Origin: Candidatus Omnitrophota bacterium
GTDB lineage: Bacteria; Omnitrophota; Gorgyraeia; Gorgyraeales; Gorgyraeaceae
Assembly (NCBI GenBank): GCA_026387235.1
Contig: JAPLMD010000069.1
Coordinates: 26,920-90,919, forward strand
Length of the DNA stretch: 64,000 nucleotides
Reading direction: 5' to 3'
Shown: positions 9,964 to 22,140 of the stretch, one piece after another
Numbering within the stretch: position 1 is the stretch's first letter
How the letters are laid out: each line of letters begins with the position of its first letter
Program-made: the position numbers and the translations under genes
Notes under the pieces: model-generated
What the model was told of the DNA's origin: nothing
What the model saw: the letters and a program-made list of their open reading frames with translations, nothing else
Database searches by the model: none

Positions 9964-11016
9964 ATGAAGCTGTCTATCAAGAAATTGAAAAATTGTAAGC
10001 ATAGTTTTGAAGTAAATCTTCCTCCGGAGAAGGTAAAAGAGGCTTTTGATGATGTTTATGCTGATCTGGGAAAATACGCGAACGTGCCCGGTTTCAGGCA
10101 GGGTAAGGCGCCAAGAGATCTTTTAGAGCTTCACTATTCTAAAACTGCTAAGGAAGAAGTTTTGAAAAAGCTAATACCAGAAACATATGAAAAGGTTTTA
10201 GAGGAGCATAAGCTGGACCCTTTAGGGTATCCTGACGTAACTGATGTCAAGCTTGATATAAAGGAAGGTTTTTCATATAAGGCTAGCGTTGAAACAAGGC
10301 CTGAGATCAATCTGAAAGACTACAAAGGCCTTAAATTGAAAAAGAAAAACGCAGAGGTCAATGAAGTTGACCTGGCTAAGAACCTGGAATATCTAAGGGA
10401 GATGCATTCCCAGAACGTGCCTAAAGAAGGCAGTCAGGAAAAAGAAAAGGTGCTTCCCAAGCTTGACGATGAATTTGCAAAAGACCTGGGTTTTGAGAAT
10501 CTGGAAAAATTAAAAGAGGTAATGCGGCAGAATCTGAAGACAAAACTGGAACAGGATAGCGAAGCTGACCTGGAAGTCCAGGTCATAGACAATATTCTGA
10601 ATAGCATAGATTTTGAAGTACCTGAAACGCTTGTGAATTCAGAAAAAGAAAGATTGATGAAAGACGCGGATATGCGTATCAAGTACATGGAGGCGCTCCA
10701 GAAAAAAGAAAATCCGGATAAAAAATTTGCCCTGGAAGAAAAAGATAAAAAGGAATTAGAGGCAAATGCTTTCAAGCAGGCAATCCGCCAGGTAAAGGCG
10801 TTTTTTATACTTGATAAGATTGCGCAGTCTGAAAAAATCTATCTGAAAGAAGAAGAAATAGATAAATATATAGAAGGGCTGGCGGCGCAGTATAAAAAGA
10901 CGAAAGATGAGGTCAGGAGTTATCTGGAAAAAGGCCATGGCATGGATGAACTGGCTGTAAACATGAGAAATAAAAAAGTAATGGAGTTTTTGCTGAAAGA
11001 AGCGAAGATAGAATAA
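9964..11016 (+). CDS. tig: Trigger factor lacking the FKBP PPIase domain
   Basis: PGFRQGKAP ribosome-binding motif, LDDEFAK, C-terminal domain; only 350 aa; upstream of clpP. Confidence 0.9.
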   Translation: MKLSIKKLKNCKHSFEVNLPPEKVKEAFDDVYADLGKYANVPGFRQGKAPRDLLELHYSKTAKEEVLKKLIPETYEKVLEEHKLDPLGYPDVTDVKLDIKEGFSYKASVETRPEINLKDYKGLKLKKKNAEVNEVDLAKNLEYLREMHSQNVPKEGSQEKEKVLPKLDDEFAKDLGFENLEKLKEVMRQNLKTKLEQDSEADLEVQVIDNILNSIDFEVPETLVNSEKERLMKDADMRIKYMEALQKKENPDKKFALEEKDKKELEANAFKQAIRQVKAFFILDKIAQSEKIYLKEEEIDKYIEGLAAQYKKTKDEVRSYLEKGHGMDELAVNMRNKKVMEFLLKEAKIE

Positions 11017-11030
11017 CAGGGGAGGTCAAT

Positions 11031-11615
11031 ATGTTAATACCCATGGTAATAGAGCAGTCAGATAGAGGCGAGAGGGCGTATGATATTTATTCAAGGCTTC
11101 TGAAAGACAGGATTATTTTTATCGGTTCGGCGATAGATGATTTGGTAGCGAATGTGGTTATAGCCCAGATGCTTTTTCTTCAGATGGAAGACCGCGAAAG
11201 GGATATAAATATTTATATAAATAGCCCGGGCGGAGCAGTTACGGCAGGCATGGCGATATATGATACAATGCAGTTTGTAAAACCTGATGTGTGCACTTAC
11301 TGCGTAGGGCAAGCAGCCAGCATGGGAGCAGTTTTATTAGCGGCAGGCGCGAAAGGAAAACGCTACGCGCTTCCGAACGCAAGGGTGATGATACACCAGC
11401 CGTGGGGAGGAGTGCAGGGCCAGGCATCAGATATCAGCATACAGGCAAAAGAGATCTTGAAGATGAAAGACAGAATCAACGAGATCCTGGCAAAGCATAC
11501 AGGAAAACCGCTTGACAAGATACAGAAGGATACTGACAGGGATTATTTTATGTCCAGCCAGGAAGCGCTGGAATACGGGATTATAGATGAGATATTTACA
11601 AAAAGCAAGAAATAA
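11031..11615 (+). CDS. clpP: ATP-dependent Clp protease proteolytic subunit
   Basis: [36 protein letters not shown]. Confidence 0.97.
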   Translation: MLIPMVIEQSDRGERAYDIYSRLLKDRIIFIGSAIDDLVANVVIAQMLFLQMEDRERDINIYINSPGGAVTAGMAIYDTMQFVKPDVCTYCVGQAASMGAVLLAAGAKGKRYALPNARVMIHQPWGGVQGQASDISIQAKEILKMKDRINEILAKHTGKPLDKIQKDTDRDYFMSSQEALEYGIIDEIFTKSKK

Positions 11616-11628
11616 TAAGGAGACAGAA

Positions 11629-12762
11629 ATGTTAAAAAATTATTTATTAACACCAGGGCCGACGCCGATACCGCCAAGAGTCCTGGAAACAATGGCAAGG
11701 CCGATTATCCATCACAGGACTCCTGAGTTTCAGAGGATTATCCAGGAAGTTGAAGAAGATTTGAAGTATGTATACCAGACTAAAAATGAAGTCCTTATAT
11801 TTACGGCCAGCGGAACAGGCGCAATGGAAGGAGCTATTACAAACCTGCTTTCTCTTGGAGATAAAGCCCTTGTAGTGCGCGGCGGAAAATTCGGCGAAAG
11901 GTTCGGCGAAATCTGCCAGGCATACGGTATTGAGTTTGTCGCTCTAGACGTGGAATGGGGTAAAACAGTAGATCCTAAAAAAATAGACGATATTTTGAAA
12001 AAAGACAAGAAGATAAAGGCAGTATACACTACGTTGTGCGAAACTTCCACAGGGGTAGCCACAGACATAGAAGCAATCGGCAGGGTTTTGAAAAACTATG
12101 AAGCTGCGCTTGTAGTGGACGCGATAAGCGGCCTGGCAGCTATTCCTATAAAGACGGACGAGTGGGGCGCTGATGTAGTGGTGTCCGGCTCCCAGAAGGG
12201 ATTGATGATACCGCCAGGGCTTGCATTTGTAAGCGTGAGCCCAAAAGCATGGCAGATGATTGAAAAATCAACCTTGCCGAAATATTATTTTGATTTCAAG
12301 GCATACAAGAAGGCGCTTGGCAAGACAGATACGCCTTTCACACCTGCTGTAAATTTGATGATTGCGCTCAGAGAAGCGTTAAAGATAATAAAAGAAGAAG
12401 GCCTTGATGTTATATTCGAAAGGCATAAAAAGATGGCTTTTGCGGTGCGCGGCGCAGTTAAAGTAATGGGATTGGAATTATTTAGCCCTGACGCATATTC
12501 AGACGGGGTGACTGCGGTAAAAGTCCCCCAGGGCATAGACGGAGAAAAACTTGTAAAAATAATGAGGGATAAATATGGCGTGGGCATAGCAGGAGGCCAG
12601 GACGAATTAAAAGGCAAAATATTCAGGATCGCCACCATGGGTTATATCACTGCAACTGATCTTATTGTGTGCATAGCTACGCTTGAAACCGTGCTTTCAG
12701 AAATGGGGTATAAATTCCAATTAGGTTCCGGAGTAGGAGCATTGGAGGAAACGCTTAAATAA
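11629..12762 (+). CDS. Class V PLP aminotransferase (alanine-glyoxylate/serine-pyruvate family)
   Basis: LLTPGPTP, SGTGAME, ETSTG, VDAIS, GSQKG; SD aggag before ATG 11629. Confidence 0.9.
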   Translation: MLKNYLLTPGPTPIPPRVLETMARPIIHHRTPEFQRIIQEVEEDLKYVYQTKNEVLIFTASGTGAMEGAITNLLSLGDKALVVRGGKFGERFGEICQAYGIEFVALDVEWGKTVDPKKIDDILKKDKKIKAVYTTLCETSTGVATDIEAIGRVLKNYEAALVVDAISGLAAIPIKTDEWGADVVVSGSQKGLMIPPGLAFVSVSPKAWQMIEKSTLPKYYFDFKAYKKALGKTDTPFTPAVNLMIALREALKIIKEEGLDVIFERHKKMAFAVRGAVKVMGLELFSPDAYSDGVTAVKVPQGIDGEKLVKIMRDKYGVGIAGGQDELKGKIFRIATMGYITATDLIVCIATLETVLSEMGYKFQLGSGVGALEETLK

Positions 12763-12843
12763 AAGAAAAGACGCGTGGGGTTACAGACAGTGCTGGTGAC
12801 GTCCTATAAAGGGACACCCTATAGCTAAAAGGAGATTTTTGAC

Positions 12844-14430
12844 ATGTTCAAGATACTTGTGAGCGACCCGTTGGCGCAGGAAGGCGTGGATATACTTAAA
12901 AAAGTAAAAGAATTTCAGGTGGACGTAAAACATAAACTGCCTCCCGAAGAACTGAAAAAAATAATAAAAGACTATGACGCGCTTTTAGTCAGAAGCGAGA
13001 CAAAGGTTACAAAAGATATTATAGAGGCCGCAGCTAATTTAAAGGTAATAGGCAGGGCTGGTGTCGGGCTTGATAATGTTGATCTGACTAGCGCTTCCAA
13101 GAGAGGCATCATAGTAATGAATACGCCTGGCGGCAATACTATGTCCACGGCCGAACACGCCGTATCTCTCATGCTTTCTCTTTCAAGAAATATACCCCAG
13201 GCAGATGTGTCTGTTAAAAAAGGCGAATGGGAAAGAAAAAAATTTATGGGCACTGAGGTATACGGGAAGACGCTTGGCATTATAGGCCTTGGCAGGATCG
13301 GGACTGAGGTAGCGAAACGCGCTATTGCGTTCGGCATTAAAGTCATAGCTTATGACCCGTTTTTATCCATGGACAGGGCAAATGAACTTGGAATAGAGTC
13401 AGGCGAATTAAAAGAAATATTCAAAAGAGCCGACTATATAACTGTCCATTCCCCTCTCACGGCGGATACAAAGCATATTATTGATAAAAATGCGATAGAT
13501 TGCATGAAACAAGGCGTCAGGATTATAAATTGCGCAAGAGGCGGCATAATCGATGAAGCAGCTGTTTTGGAAGGCATAAATAGCGGCAAGATAGCGGGCG
13601 CTGCTTTTGACGTTTATGAAAAAGAACCTCCTCTGAAAGACAATCCTTTGTTCAAATGCGACAAGGTTGTTCTTACTCCGCATCTCGGGGCTTCAACCGA
13701 GGAAGCGCAGATAAACGTGGCTGTTGAAATCGCAGATAGCGTCCGCGACGCGCTTCTGGGCTGCGGGATAAGAAACGCGGTAAATGTGCCTTGCGTTGAT
13801 TTTGAATTATATAAAATATTGCAGCCTTATATAAATCTTGGGGAAAAGGTAGGCGCTCTGGTATCGCAGCTTGCCAAGGGAAGAACTCAGGAGATTCAGA
13901 TAAAATATTCAGGAGATGTCGCTAAATATAATCTATCTCCGATTACGGTTGCTATTGTTAAAGGAGTTTTATCGCCGGTATTGCAGGAAACAGTCAATTA
14001 TGTTAACTCCCTGATTGTGGCAAAAGAACGCGGCATCAGGGTAGAAGAGATGAGAGCTACGATGCTTGAAGAGTATTCAAGCCTCATAAGCGTGGAGATA
14101 AAGACAGATACCGGAGTAAGATCTGTTTCCGGCACTTTATTCACCAAAAAGGATGCCAGGATTGTTAAGATAGACGAATTTCACGTGGACGCTATACCGG
14201 AAGGGTATATGATAGTCGCCCATAATATAGATGTGCCTGGTATTATAGGTATGATGGGGACTATCCTGGGGAAAAACAATATCAATATTGCCGCAATGAC
14301 TTTCGGCAGAGAAAAGCCGGGCGGCAAGACATTGTCAGTTTTGAATGTGGATAGCGCAGTCCAGGAGAAAGTGTTAAATGAAATAAGGAACGATAAAAAC
14401 ATATTGGACGCAACATTAATAAAACTTTAA
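12844..14430 (+). CDS. serA: D-3-phosphoglycerate dehydrogenase (with ASB and ACT domains)
   Basis: RAGVGLDNVD, GLGRIG, NCARGG, TPHLGASTEEAQ, ACT tail. Confidence 0.95.
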   Translation: MFKILVSDPLAQEGVDILKKVKEFQVDVKHKLPPEELKKIIKDYDALLVRSETKVTKDIIEAAANLKVIGRAGVGLDNVDLTSASKRGIIVMNTPGGNTMSTAEHAVSLMLSLSRNIPQADVSVKKGEWERKKFMGTEVYGKTLGIIGLGRIGTEVAKRAIAFGIKVIAYDPFLSMDRANELGIESGELKEIFKRADYITVHSPLTADTKHIIDKNAIDCMKQGVRIINCARGGIIDEAAVLEGINSGKIAGAAFDVYEKEPPLKDNPLFKCDKVVLTPHLGASTEEAQINVAVEIADSVRDALLGCGIRNAVNVPCVDFELYKILQPYINLGEKVGALVSQLAKGRTQEIQIKYSGDVAKYNLSPITVAIVKGVLSPVLQETVNYVNSLIVAKERGIRVEEMRATMLEEYSSLISVEIKTDTGVRSVSGTLFTKKDARIVKIDEFHVDAIPEGYMIVAHNIDVPGIIGMMGTILGKNNINIAAMTFGREKPGGKTLSVLNVDSAVQEKVLNEIRNDKNILDATLIKL

Positions 14431-14442
14431 AAAGGATAGTTT

Positions 14443-15678
14443 ATGAAAAATAATAAAATCTATATCATCGACGTAACAAACAGGGACGGAGTGCAGACTG
14501 CAAAGCTTGGCCTTGCGAAACTTCAAAAGACCATGATAAATATCTTTCTGAACGAGATGGGTATCTATGGCAGTGAGTTTGGCTTTCCTGTCACGCGCCA
14601 TGAGACAAATTATCTGAATGCGAATATAGAGTTGGTAAAGATGGGCGTTTTAAAGCCTATAGTCCTGAATGGGTGGGTAAGGGCCATAAAAGACGATGTA
14701 AAGAAAGCATGCGAAATGACGGATGTTGAAAATCTGAATCTTTCGATATCTACCTCCGAACAAATGACCAACGGAAAATTCCTGGGCAATAAAACGCGGG
14801 ATGATATATTGCTTATGATGACGGACGCAGTGGATTTTGCAAGAAAAAAGAAATTGAAAATAGTAGGCGTAAACGCAGAGGATGCGTCAAGGACTGATAT
14901 GCCGTATCTTATAAAATTCGCAAAGGCGGCAAAAGATCACGGCGCAGACAGGATCAGATATTGCGATACGCTTGGCTACGACGATCCTTTTACAATTTAT
15001 AAAAGGATAAAGATATTGGCCAGCGAGATAAAATTGCCCATAGAGCTTCACTGCCATAATGATTTAGGAATGGTGATCGCGTGTTCTGTAGCAGGCGCAA
15101 AGGCAGCCATAGACGCCGGCTGCGACGCGTATATAAATACCACTGTAAACGGCATGGGAGAGCGGGCCGGAAACGCAGACCTTGTTTCTGTCATACTTGC
15201 TATCAAATATTCAAGCGGGTTCGGAGATAAATACCATCTGGACGAAAGGATTAAATTGAATCACGCGTGGAAGATAGGAAAATATGCTTCCTACGCATTC
15301 AAGGTGCCCATACCTATAAATCATCCCGGCATTGGCGCTAACGCATTTGCACATGAATCAGGTATTCACGCGGACGGCGCCCTAAAAGACAGGCGCAATT
15401 ATGAGCTTTATGATTTTGAAGAGCTGGGAAGAGGAGAACCTGAGCTCATAGAAACAGGCAGGCAGATTATCGCAGGCGAATACTCCGGTATAAAAGGATT
15501 CAGAAATGTATACGATAAACTGGAGATAAAATTTAAAAACGACTTAGAGGCAGCAAATATACTTGAACTTGTCAGATATGCCAACGTGCATACCCAGCAG
15601 CCGCTTACGCACGATGAGCTGCGATTTATAGCGAAATATCCGGAGATAGCCAGGAAAATATTCACGATGACACCATAA
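14443..15678 (+). CDS. DRE-TIM acyl-CoA condensing enzyme (homocitrate synthase/Re-citrate synthase/LeuA family)
   Basis: DVTNRDGVQ, HCHNDLG, NGMGERAGNA, HESGIHADG; no LeuA regulatory domain. Confidence 0.8.
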   Translation: MKNNKIYIIDVTNRDGVQTAKLGLAKLQKTMINIFLNEMGIYGSEFGFPVTRHETNYLNANIELVKMGVLKPIVLNGWVRAIKDDVKKACEMTDVENLNLSISTSEQMTNGKFLGNKTRDDILLMMTDAVDFARKKKLKIVGVNAEDASRTDMPYLIKFAKAAKDHGADRIRYCDTLGYDDPFTIYKRIKILASEIKLPIELHCHNDLGMVIACSVAGAKAAIDAGCDAYINTTVNGMGERAGNADLVSVILAIKYSSGFGDKYHLDERIKLNHAWKIGKYASYAFKVPIPINHPGIGANAFAHESGIHADGALKDRRNYELYDFEELGRGEPELIETGRQIIAGEYSGIKGFRNVYDKLEIKFKNDLEAANILELVRYANVHTQQPLTHDELRFIAKYPEIARKIFTMTP

Positions 15679-15679
15679 T

Positions 15680-15710
15680 GTAGGGGGTCGATTAATAATC
15701 GACCCATTAC
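15680..15710. repeat. GTAG-type REP-like hairpin
   Basis: gtaggg then gggtcgatta-a-taatcgaccc perfect stem. Confidence 0.55.
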
Positions 15711-15719
15711 AGTTGGTAG

Positions 15720-16961
<1,242 letters not shown>

Positions 16962-16976
16962 AAAGGAGAAGTAAAA

Positions 16977-19064
16977 ATGTTATTTTTAGCACCGGTGGGT
17001 TCAATATTGGCGCTGGGTTTTGCGTTTTATCTCGCAGTGTCAATACTCAAAAAGGACGAAGGAAATGAAAAAATGAAAGAGATTGCAGCCGCTGTCAGGA
17101 TAGGCGCTAAGGCGTATCTGAAGAGGCAATATATGGCGGTCTCTTTATTTTTTATAGTAGTGTTTTTTATTCTTTTAGCGTTATCGTTATTTAAATACCT
17201 GCCTATATTCGTGCCTTTTGCATTTTTAACAGGAGGATTTTTTTCAGGGCTTTCCGGTTTTATAGGCATGACCATAGCTACGCAGTCTTCAAACAGGACC
17301 GCGGCAGCAGCAATGAAGAGTTTGAATTCAGGGCTCAGGGTCGCGTTTTCAAGCGGGGCTGTCATGGGCCTTACGGTTGTAGGGCTCGGGCTTCTGGACC
17401 TTAGTATCTGGTATTATTTCTTAAACTGGTATTATTCAGCGCACCCTCTGGCTGTCGGCGTAGATAAGATAGGAGCTATTACTTCTACGATGCTTTGTTT
17501 TGGCATGGGCGCAAGCTCCCAGGCGCTTTTTGCCCGCGTCGGAGGAGGTATTTTTACAAAAGCAGCGGACGTAGGAGCTGATCTTGTTGGAAAAATAGAG
17601 GCAGGAATACCTGAAGATGACCCAAGAAATCCCGCTGTTATCGCAGATAATGTAGGAGATAACGTGGGCGACGTAGCAGGTATGGGCGCGGATCTTTATG
17701 AATCTTATGTAGGCTCTATTGTTGCGACTTCTGCGCTGGGAGTTGCGGCTGGATTAGGAATAGCAGGCGTTACTGTCCCAATGGTTATGGCAGCGGTAGG
17801 TGTTTTGGCATCAATTATAGGCACATTTTTTGTAAGGAGCAAAGAGGATGCAAGCCAGCCGGTGCTTTTAGCTGCTTTAAGAAAAGGCGTATTTGTAAGT
17901 TCTTTTATAGTTGCTATAGCGTCGTATTTTCTTGTTAAATATACCCTTGGTGCTCAGCATATGGGGGTTTACTGGTCAGTTATATCAGGCCTTGTAGCAG
18001 GTGTTTTGATTGGGCTTTCAACAGAATATTACACATCGAGCACTTTTAAGCCTACTAAAACAATTACAGATGCAAGTATTACCGGTCCTGCGACAGTTAT
18101 TATAAGCGGTATTGCAGTTGGCATGATGTCAACTGCAATACCTGTTTTGGTAGTCTGCGTTGCTATTATGGCAAGTTATTTCCTTTCAGGCGGAGCTACA
18201 AATTTTAATTCAGGATTGTATGGAATAGCGATTTCAGCAGTAGGCATGCTTTCTACCCTCGGGATTACTCTTGCAACTGATGCATATGGCCCTGTTGCTG
18301 ATAATGCAGGAGGAAACGCGGAGATGTCTCATCTGCCTCCTGAAGTTAGAAAAAGGACAGATGCGCTTGATGCGCTGGGAAACACAACTGCTGCTACCGG
18401 TAAGGGTTTTGCCATTGGTTCAGCTGCATTGACAGCTTTGGCTTTGATTGCGGCTTACAGGGACCAGGTATATTTATTCGGAAAGACGATGGACCTCAAC
18501 CTCATGAATCCCAGCGTTTTAATAGGCTTATTTATCGGAGGTATGCTCCCATTTTTATTCTGCTCAATGACGATGGCTGCGGTTGGGCGGGCGGCAACGA
18601 AGATTGTTGTAGAAGTGAGAAGGCAGTTCAAAGAAATCGCAGGACTCATGGAAGGCAAGACAAAGCCTGACTATGCGCGTTGCGTGAACATCGCTACGGT
18701 TGCTGCGCAAAAAGAAATGGTAATTCCGTCGCTTTTAGCTATAACATCTCCTATTGCAGTAGGGCTTCTGGTAGGGATTAATGCGGTCGGAGGACTTCTT
18801 ATGGGAGCTACTGTTACAGGGTTCGTGCTGGCGGTAATGATGGCGAATTCAGGCGGGGCGTGGGATAATGCAAAAAAATATATCGAAGAAGGCCATCATG
18901 GCGGAAAAGGTTCCCCTGCTCATAAAGCATGCGTTGTAGGCGATACAGTGGGAGACCCGTTTAAAGATACGTCAGGCCCGTCTCTTAATATTCTGATTAA
19001 ACTGATGTCAATGGTCTCGATTGTATTCGCGTCGTTTATCATAAAGAATACGCTGTTTAAGTGA
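16977..19064 (+). CDS. hppA: Membrane ion-translocating pyrophosphatase, K+-dependent type
   Basis: [26 protein letters not shown] (Ala at the K+-dependence site), [10 protein letters not shown]. Confidence 0.95.
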   Translation: MLFLAPVGSILALGFAFYLAVSILKKDEGNEKMKEIAAAVRIGAKAYLKRQYMAVSLFFIVVFFILLALSLFKYLPIFVPFAFLTGGFFSGLSGFIGMTIATQSSNRTAAAAMKSLNSGLRVAFSSGAVMGLTVVGLGLLDLSIWYYFLNWYYSAHPLAVGVDKIGAITSTMLCFGMGASSQALFARVGGGIFTKAADVGADLVGKIEAGIPEDDPRNPAVIADNVGDNVGDVAGMGADLYESYVGSIVATSALGVAAGLGIAGVTVPMVMAAVGVLASIIGTFFVRSKEDASQPVLLAALRKGVFVSSFIVAIASYFLVKYTLGAQHMGVYWSVISGLVAGVLIGLSTEYYTSSTFKPTKTITDASITGPATVIISGIAVGMMSTAIPVLVVCVAIMASYFLSGGATNFNSGLYGIAISAVGMLSTLGITLATDAYGPVADNAGGNAEMSHLPPEVRKRTDALDALGNTTAATGKGFAIGSAALTALALIAAYRDQVYLFGKTMDLNLMNPSVLIGLFIGGMLPFLFCSMTMAAVGRAATKIVVEVRRQFKEIAGLMEGKTKPDYARCVNIATVAAQKEMVIPSLLAITSPIAVGLLVGINAVGGLLMGATVTGFVLAVMMANSGGAWDNAKKYIEEGHHGGKGSPAHKACVVGDTVGDPFKDTSGPSLNILIKLMSMVSIVFASFIIKNTLFK

Positions 19065-19165
19065 GGACATTATTTACGAAGTCCGACCTCGTCCCGAGGG
19101 GCAAGATTTCTGGGGACTCGGCCCCGAGGGAAGGATTTCATGCGATTGCGTTCCTAAGTTTTTCG

Positions 19166-19194
19166 TTGACTTTGACGGATTTATGTATTATGAT
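19166..19194 (+). promoter_or_regulatory. sigma70 promoter
   Basis: TTGACT-N17-TATGAT. Confidence 0.6.
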
Positions 19195-19204
19195 TAACGA
19201 AAAG

Positions 19205-19244
19205 TCCCTCGCTGCCCGATGGTAAAAACCATGGCGGCTCGGGA
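19205..19244 (+). repeat. CCCTCG...CTCGGG palindromic element in a 5' leader
   Basis: tccctcg-ctgcc-cg-atggt-aaaa-accat-ggcgg-ctcggga. Confidence 0.6.
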
Positions 19245-19278
19245 TAAAATTTTGTTTCACAAAATTTTGGGGGATATT

Positions 19279-20007
19279 ATGGTAGCGAATAAGAGATTGT
19301 TTACGGTTTTGGTTTTAACATTAGTTTCTATTGCAGTATCCGGATGTTCGGTTACGTTCCAGATGAGGCATAGGAGCGATGTGGAGAAGATAGGTTCGCT
19401 CGGAAACGAAATAGAAGCGCTGAATGCCAAATTAAGCCAATTGCAGGAACAGAAGGAGACAGAGCTGTCTGAGCTGGAAAAGGCAAAACTGCTTCTGGAA
19501 GAAAGGTTGAAACAGGAAATAGACGATAAGAGCGTGCGGCTTGAAATGGCGCAGAAAGGCCTTGCGATTATATTCCTGACAGAAGTTCTTTTTGATTCAG
19601 GCAAGACAGACATAAAGCCGGAGGCATTTCCTTCTCTCGATAAAATAGCAGGCGTTTTAAAAGATAATGTGGAAGACAGAAATATAGGCATAGAAGGCCA
19701 TGCTGACAATGAGCCTATAAAACATTCCAAGTGGAAATCAAACTGGGAGCTTTCTACCTCAAGAGCTACCAGCGTTTTGCATTATCTTGTGGACACGAAA
19801 GGCATAAATCCTAAAAGGGTGGCTGCGATAGGCTACGGCGAATACAGGCCTGTGGCTTCCAATGATACGGCTAGCGGCAGGAGGCAGAATAGAAGGGTTG
19901 AGATAGTCATACTTCCGAAGAATATGGAGAAGATCCAGGCAGATATGGATAAGATTACGCAGAGAAAACAGCAGATAGAAAGACAGCTTAAGAAATATAA
20001 AAAATAG
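19279..20007 (+). CDS. OmpA/MotB-domain peptidoglycan-binding lipoprotein
   Basis: Lipobox VSGC, coiled coil, LFDSG, EGHAD, NWELS, NRRVEI; SD before ATG 19279. Confidence 0.85.
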   Translation: MVANKRLFTVLVLTLVSIAVSGCSVTFQMRHRSDVEKIGSLGNEIEALNAKLSQLQEQKETELSELEKAKLLLEERLKQEIDDKSVRLEMAQKGLAIIFLTEVLFDSGKTDIKPEAFPSLDKIAGVLKDNVEDRNIGIEGHADNEPIKHSKWKSNWELSTSRATSVLHYLVDTKGINPKRVAAIGYGEYRPVASNDTASGRRQNRRVEIVILPKNMEKIQADMDKITQRKQQIERQLKKYKK

Positions 20008-20024
20008 AAGGGAGCGAATTAAAA

Positions 20025-20399
20025 ATGGATAAGATAAAGTCCAATTTTATGATTGTTGTTGCAGTGCTGATTGTTCTGTGTATCGTTCTTGCAGGTTATG
20101 CTGCAAGTTTAAATAGCCAGCTCAGCGCTGAAAAAACTAAAGTCATACAGCTTAACGATCAGATAGCCGGGCTTAATGCCAAGGCAAATGGCTTACAAAC
20201 ACAGTTAACCAGCTTGACTGCGCAGGCCGGCGACCAGACAACGCTTGTCAACAGCTTGCAGGGTTCTCTGAACAGTTTGCGAAGTTCGCTAGATACAGCT
20301 AACGCGGAATCAGAGAAGTTAAAAACAGCGTACGCAGACCTTGAATCAAAATTGAAAACGCAAGTCCTCGCTGATACTACGCAATCAGTAGCCAAATAA
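20025..20399 (+). CDS. Membrane-anchored coiled-coil hypothetical protein
   Basis: N-terminal TM, heptad-rich helix, SD ggag. Confidence 0.65.
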   Translation: MDKIKSNFMIVVAVLIVLCIVLAGYAASLNSQLSAEKTKVIQLNDQIAGLNAKANGLQTQLTSLTAQAGDQTTLVNSLQGSLNSLRSSLDTANAESEKLKTAYADLESKLKTQVLADTTQSVAK

Positions 20400-20433
20400 G
20401 CTGTTTCTGCAGAGTAATCAGCTGCCCTGGCTT

Positions 20434-20455
20434 GTCCCTTGACTTTGCTCGGGAC
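20434..20455. repeat. REP-like element gtcccttgactttgctcgggac
   Basis: Similar to the core cttctcgacttcgctcgaag and to the CCCTCG/CTCGGG elements. Confidence 0.55.
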
Positions 20456-20499
20456 TTTGCTGGCCGCGAATGTGCAGAATTTTATGGAACTATAAAAGG

Positions 20500-20544
20500 A
20501 CGCGAATCGTATTTGGCAAAAATGCGAATTCGCGTTTTTCTTTT
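20500..20544 (+). terminator. Putative intrinsic terminator
   Basis: acgcgaat..cgtattt/aaatgcg..attcgcgt stem followed by a T-rich tail. Confidence 0.55.
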
Positions 20545-20618
20545 CAAATTTGCCCGCCTAAGGCGGCAAATTTGACCCCGAGCCGCTCTATATTTCTAAA
20601 TAATATGCGGCGAGGGGT
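20544..20618. repeat. Two hairpins before uppS, the second a reverse-oriented CCCTCG...CTCGGG element
   Basis: tcaaatttgcc/ggcaaatttga; accccgagccgc...gcggcgaggggt. Confidence 0.6.
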
Positions 20619-20629
20619 AACCGAAATCA

Positions 20630-21325
20630 ATGATACCAAAACATATAGCGATAATAATGGACGGGAATGGAAGATGGGCTGAAGCCAGGGGGCTTCCAAA
20701 GGTTATGGGCCACAAGCAAGGCGTGGAGTCTGTAAGAAGAATTGTAAAAGCGTGTCTTAACGCAGAGGTTAAATATCTAACGCTATATGCGTTTTCAACA
20801 GAAAATTGGGCCAGGCCTGACCATGAAGTAAAGGCGTTGTTTCAATTGCTTGAAAATTTTATAGATACAGAATTCAAGCTTTTTCACGATAAAGGCATAA
20901 GATTTTGCGTAATAGGAGAAAGGCATAAGATACAGAAGGATGTCCTTAAGAAAATAGAAAATTTGGAAAAGGATACGCTGCGCTATAATAATCTGACGGT
21001 CAATATAGCCTTAAGCTATGGCGCCAGGCAGGAGATATTGAATGCTGCAAAAAAGCTGGCGGAAGAGGTAAAAGACGGGAAATTAAAATCGCAAGAGATA
21101 GACGAAAATATATTTTCAGAAAGGCTTTATACTGCCGGACAGCCGGATCCTGATCTATTAATACGGACAAGCGGAGAGATGCGGGTATCAAATTTTCTCT
21201 TATGGCAGATTTCTTATGCTGAATTTTATGTGACTGAAACGCTCTGGCCTGATTTTGACGAGAATGAATTAAATAAAGCCATAGAAGAATATAATAAAAG
21301 GGACAGGAGATTCGGAGGCAGGTAA
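20630..21325 (+). CDS. uppS: Undecaprenyl diphosphate synthase
   Basis: HIAIIMDGNGRWA, FSTENW, RTSGE.RVSNF, RRFG. Confidence 0.97.
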   Translation: MIPKHIAIIMDGNGRWAEARGLPKVMGHKQGVESVRRIVKACLNAEVKYLTLYAFSTENWARPDHEVKALFQLLENFIDTEFKLFHDKGIRFCVIGERHKIQKDVLKKIENLEKDTLRYNNLTVNIALSYGARQEILNAAKKLAEEVKDGKLKSQEIDENIFSERLYTAGQPDPDLLIRTSGEMRVSNFLLWQISYAEFYVTETLWPDFDENELNKAIEEYNKRDRRFGGR

Positions 21326-21329
21326 AGTT

Positions 21330-22136
21330 ATGTTTAAACGCGCAGTTACCTCTATAATCTTAATATTGGTCGTTATCCTCAGCATATTTGTATTGCCTGT
21401 GTGGACATTCGGGATAGTCGCGTCTTTATTTATAGGTTTAGGCCTTTATGAATTTTTCAGATTGAGCGGCGCAAAAAAAATATTTCCATTAAGTTTTGCG
21501 TACGTCGGGATTTTTTCAGGCATATTATTACCGTATATTACTTATCTTTACAGGCCTACCGGCGGCATATGGGAGATGCTGTTTTTTATACTCATATTGA
21601 TTACGCTTTTTATAATACATTTTACAAGAAAAGAAAGCCAGAATGCCGTAAATCTGATCGCGGTAACTTTATTCGCTATTTTTTATATAGGATGGTTTTT
21701 CACTTTTCTGGTGAAGATAAGATTTTTAGAAGACGGCCATAAACTAGTAGCATACCTTCTTCTTGTTACAAAATCCGGAGATATGGGCGCGTATCTTATC
21801 GGGTCTAATTTTGGAAAGCACAAACTCATACCAAGGATAAGCCCTAATAAATCAGTGGAAGGGGCCATAGGCGGGTTTATATTCAGCATAGCATGCGCTA
21901 TTATCCTAGGCAGATACTATATTTCGTGGATGAGCTTTGGTTTTATACTTGCAAGCGGAGTTTTAATAGGAGTTTTCGCGCAGCTTGGAGACTTGGCAGA
22001 AAGCCTCATTAAGAGGGATTATGAGGTAAAAGATTCAAGTGTTTTTCTCCCTGGGCTTGGCGGCATGCTGGATGTGATTGACAGCATACTTTTTGCCGCG
22101 CCTATCTTTTATATTTGCCTGACTATTTTTAGGTAA
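21330..22136 (+). CDS. cdsA: Phosphatidate cytidylyltransferase
   Basis: ISPNKSVEG, GDLAESLIKR..VKDS, GGMLDVIDS. Confidence 0.95.
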   Translation: MFKRAVTSIILILVVILSIFVLPVWTFGIVASLFIGLGLYEFFRLSGAKKIFPLSFAYVGIFSGILLPYITYLYRPTGGIWEMLFFILILITLFIIHFTRKESQNAVNLIAVTLFAIFYIGWFFTFLVKIRFLEDGHKLVAYLLLVTKSGDMGAYLIGSNFGKHKLIPRISPNKSVEGAIGGFIFSIACAIILGRYYISWMSFGFILASGVLIGVFAQLGDLAESLIKRDYEVKDSSVFLPGLGGMLDVIDSILFAAPIFYICLTIFR

Positions 22137-22140
22137 TGTT

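Noticed and set aside
12763-12843. Possible riboswitch before serA
   Set aside because: Short spacer with one weak stem; no aptamer consensus I recognise.
20470-20682. 70-aa + strand ORF before uppS
   Set aside because: Runs through hairpins and a terminator, overlaps uppS, and has no convincing SD.
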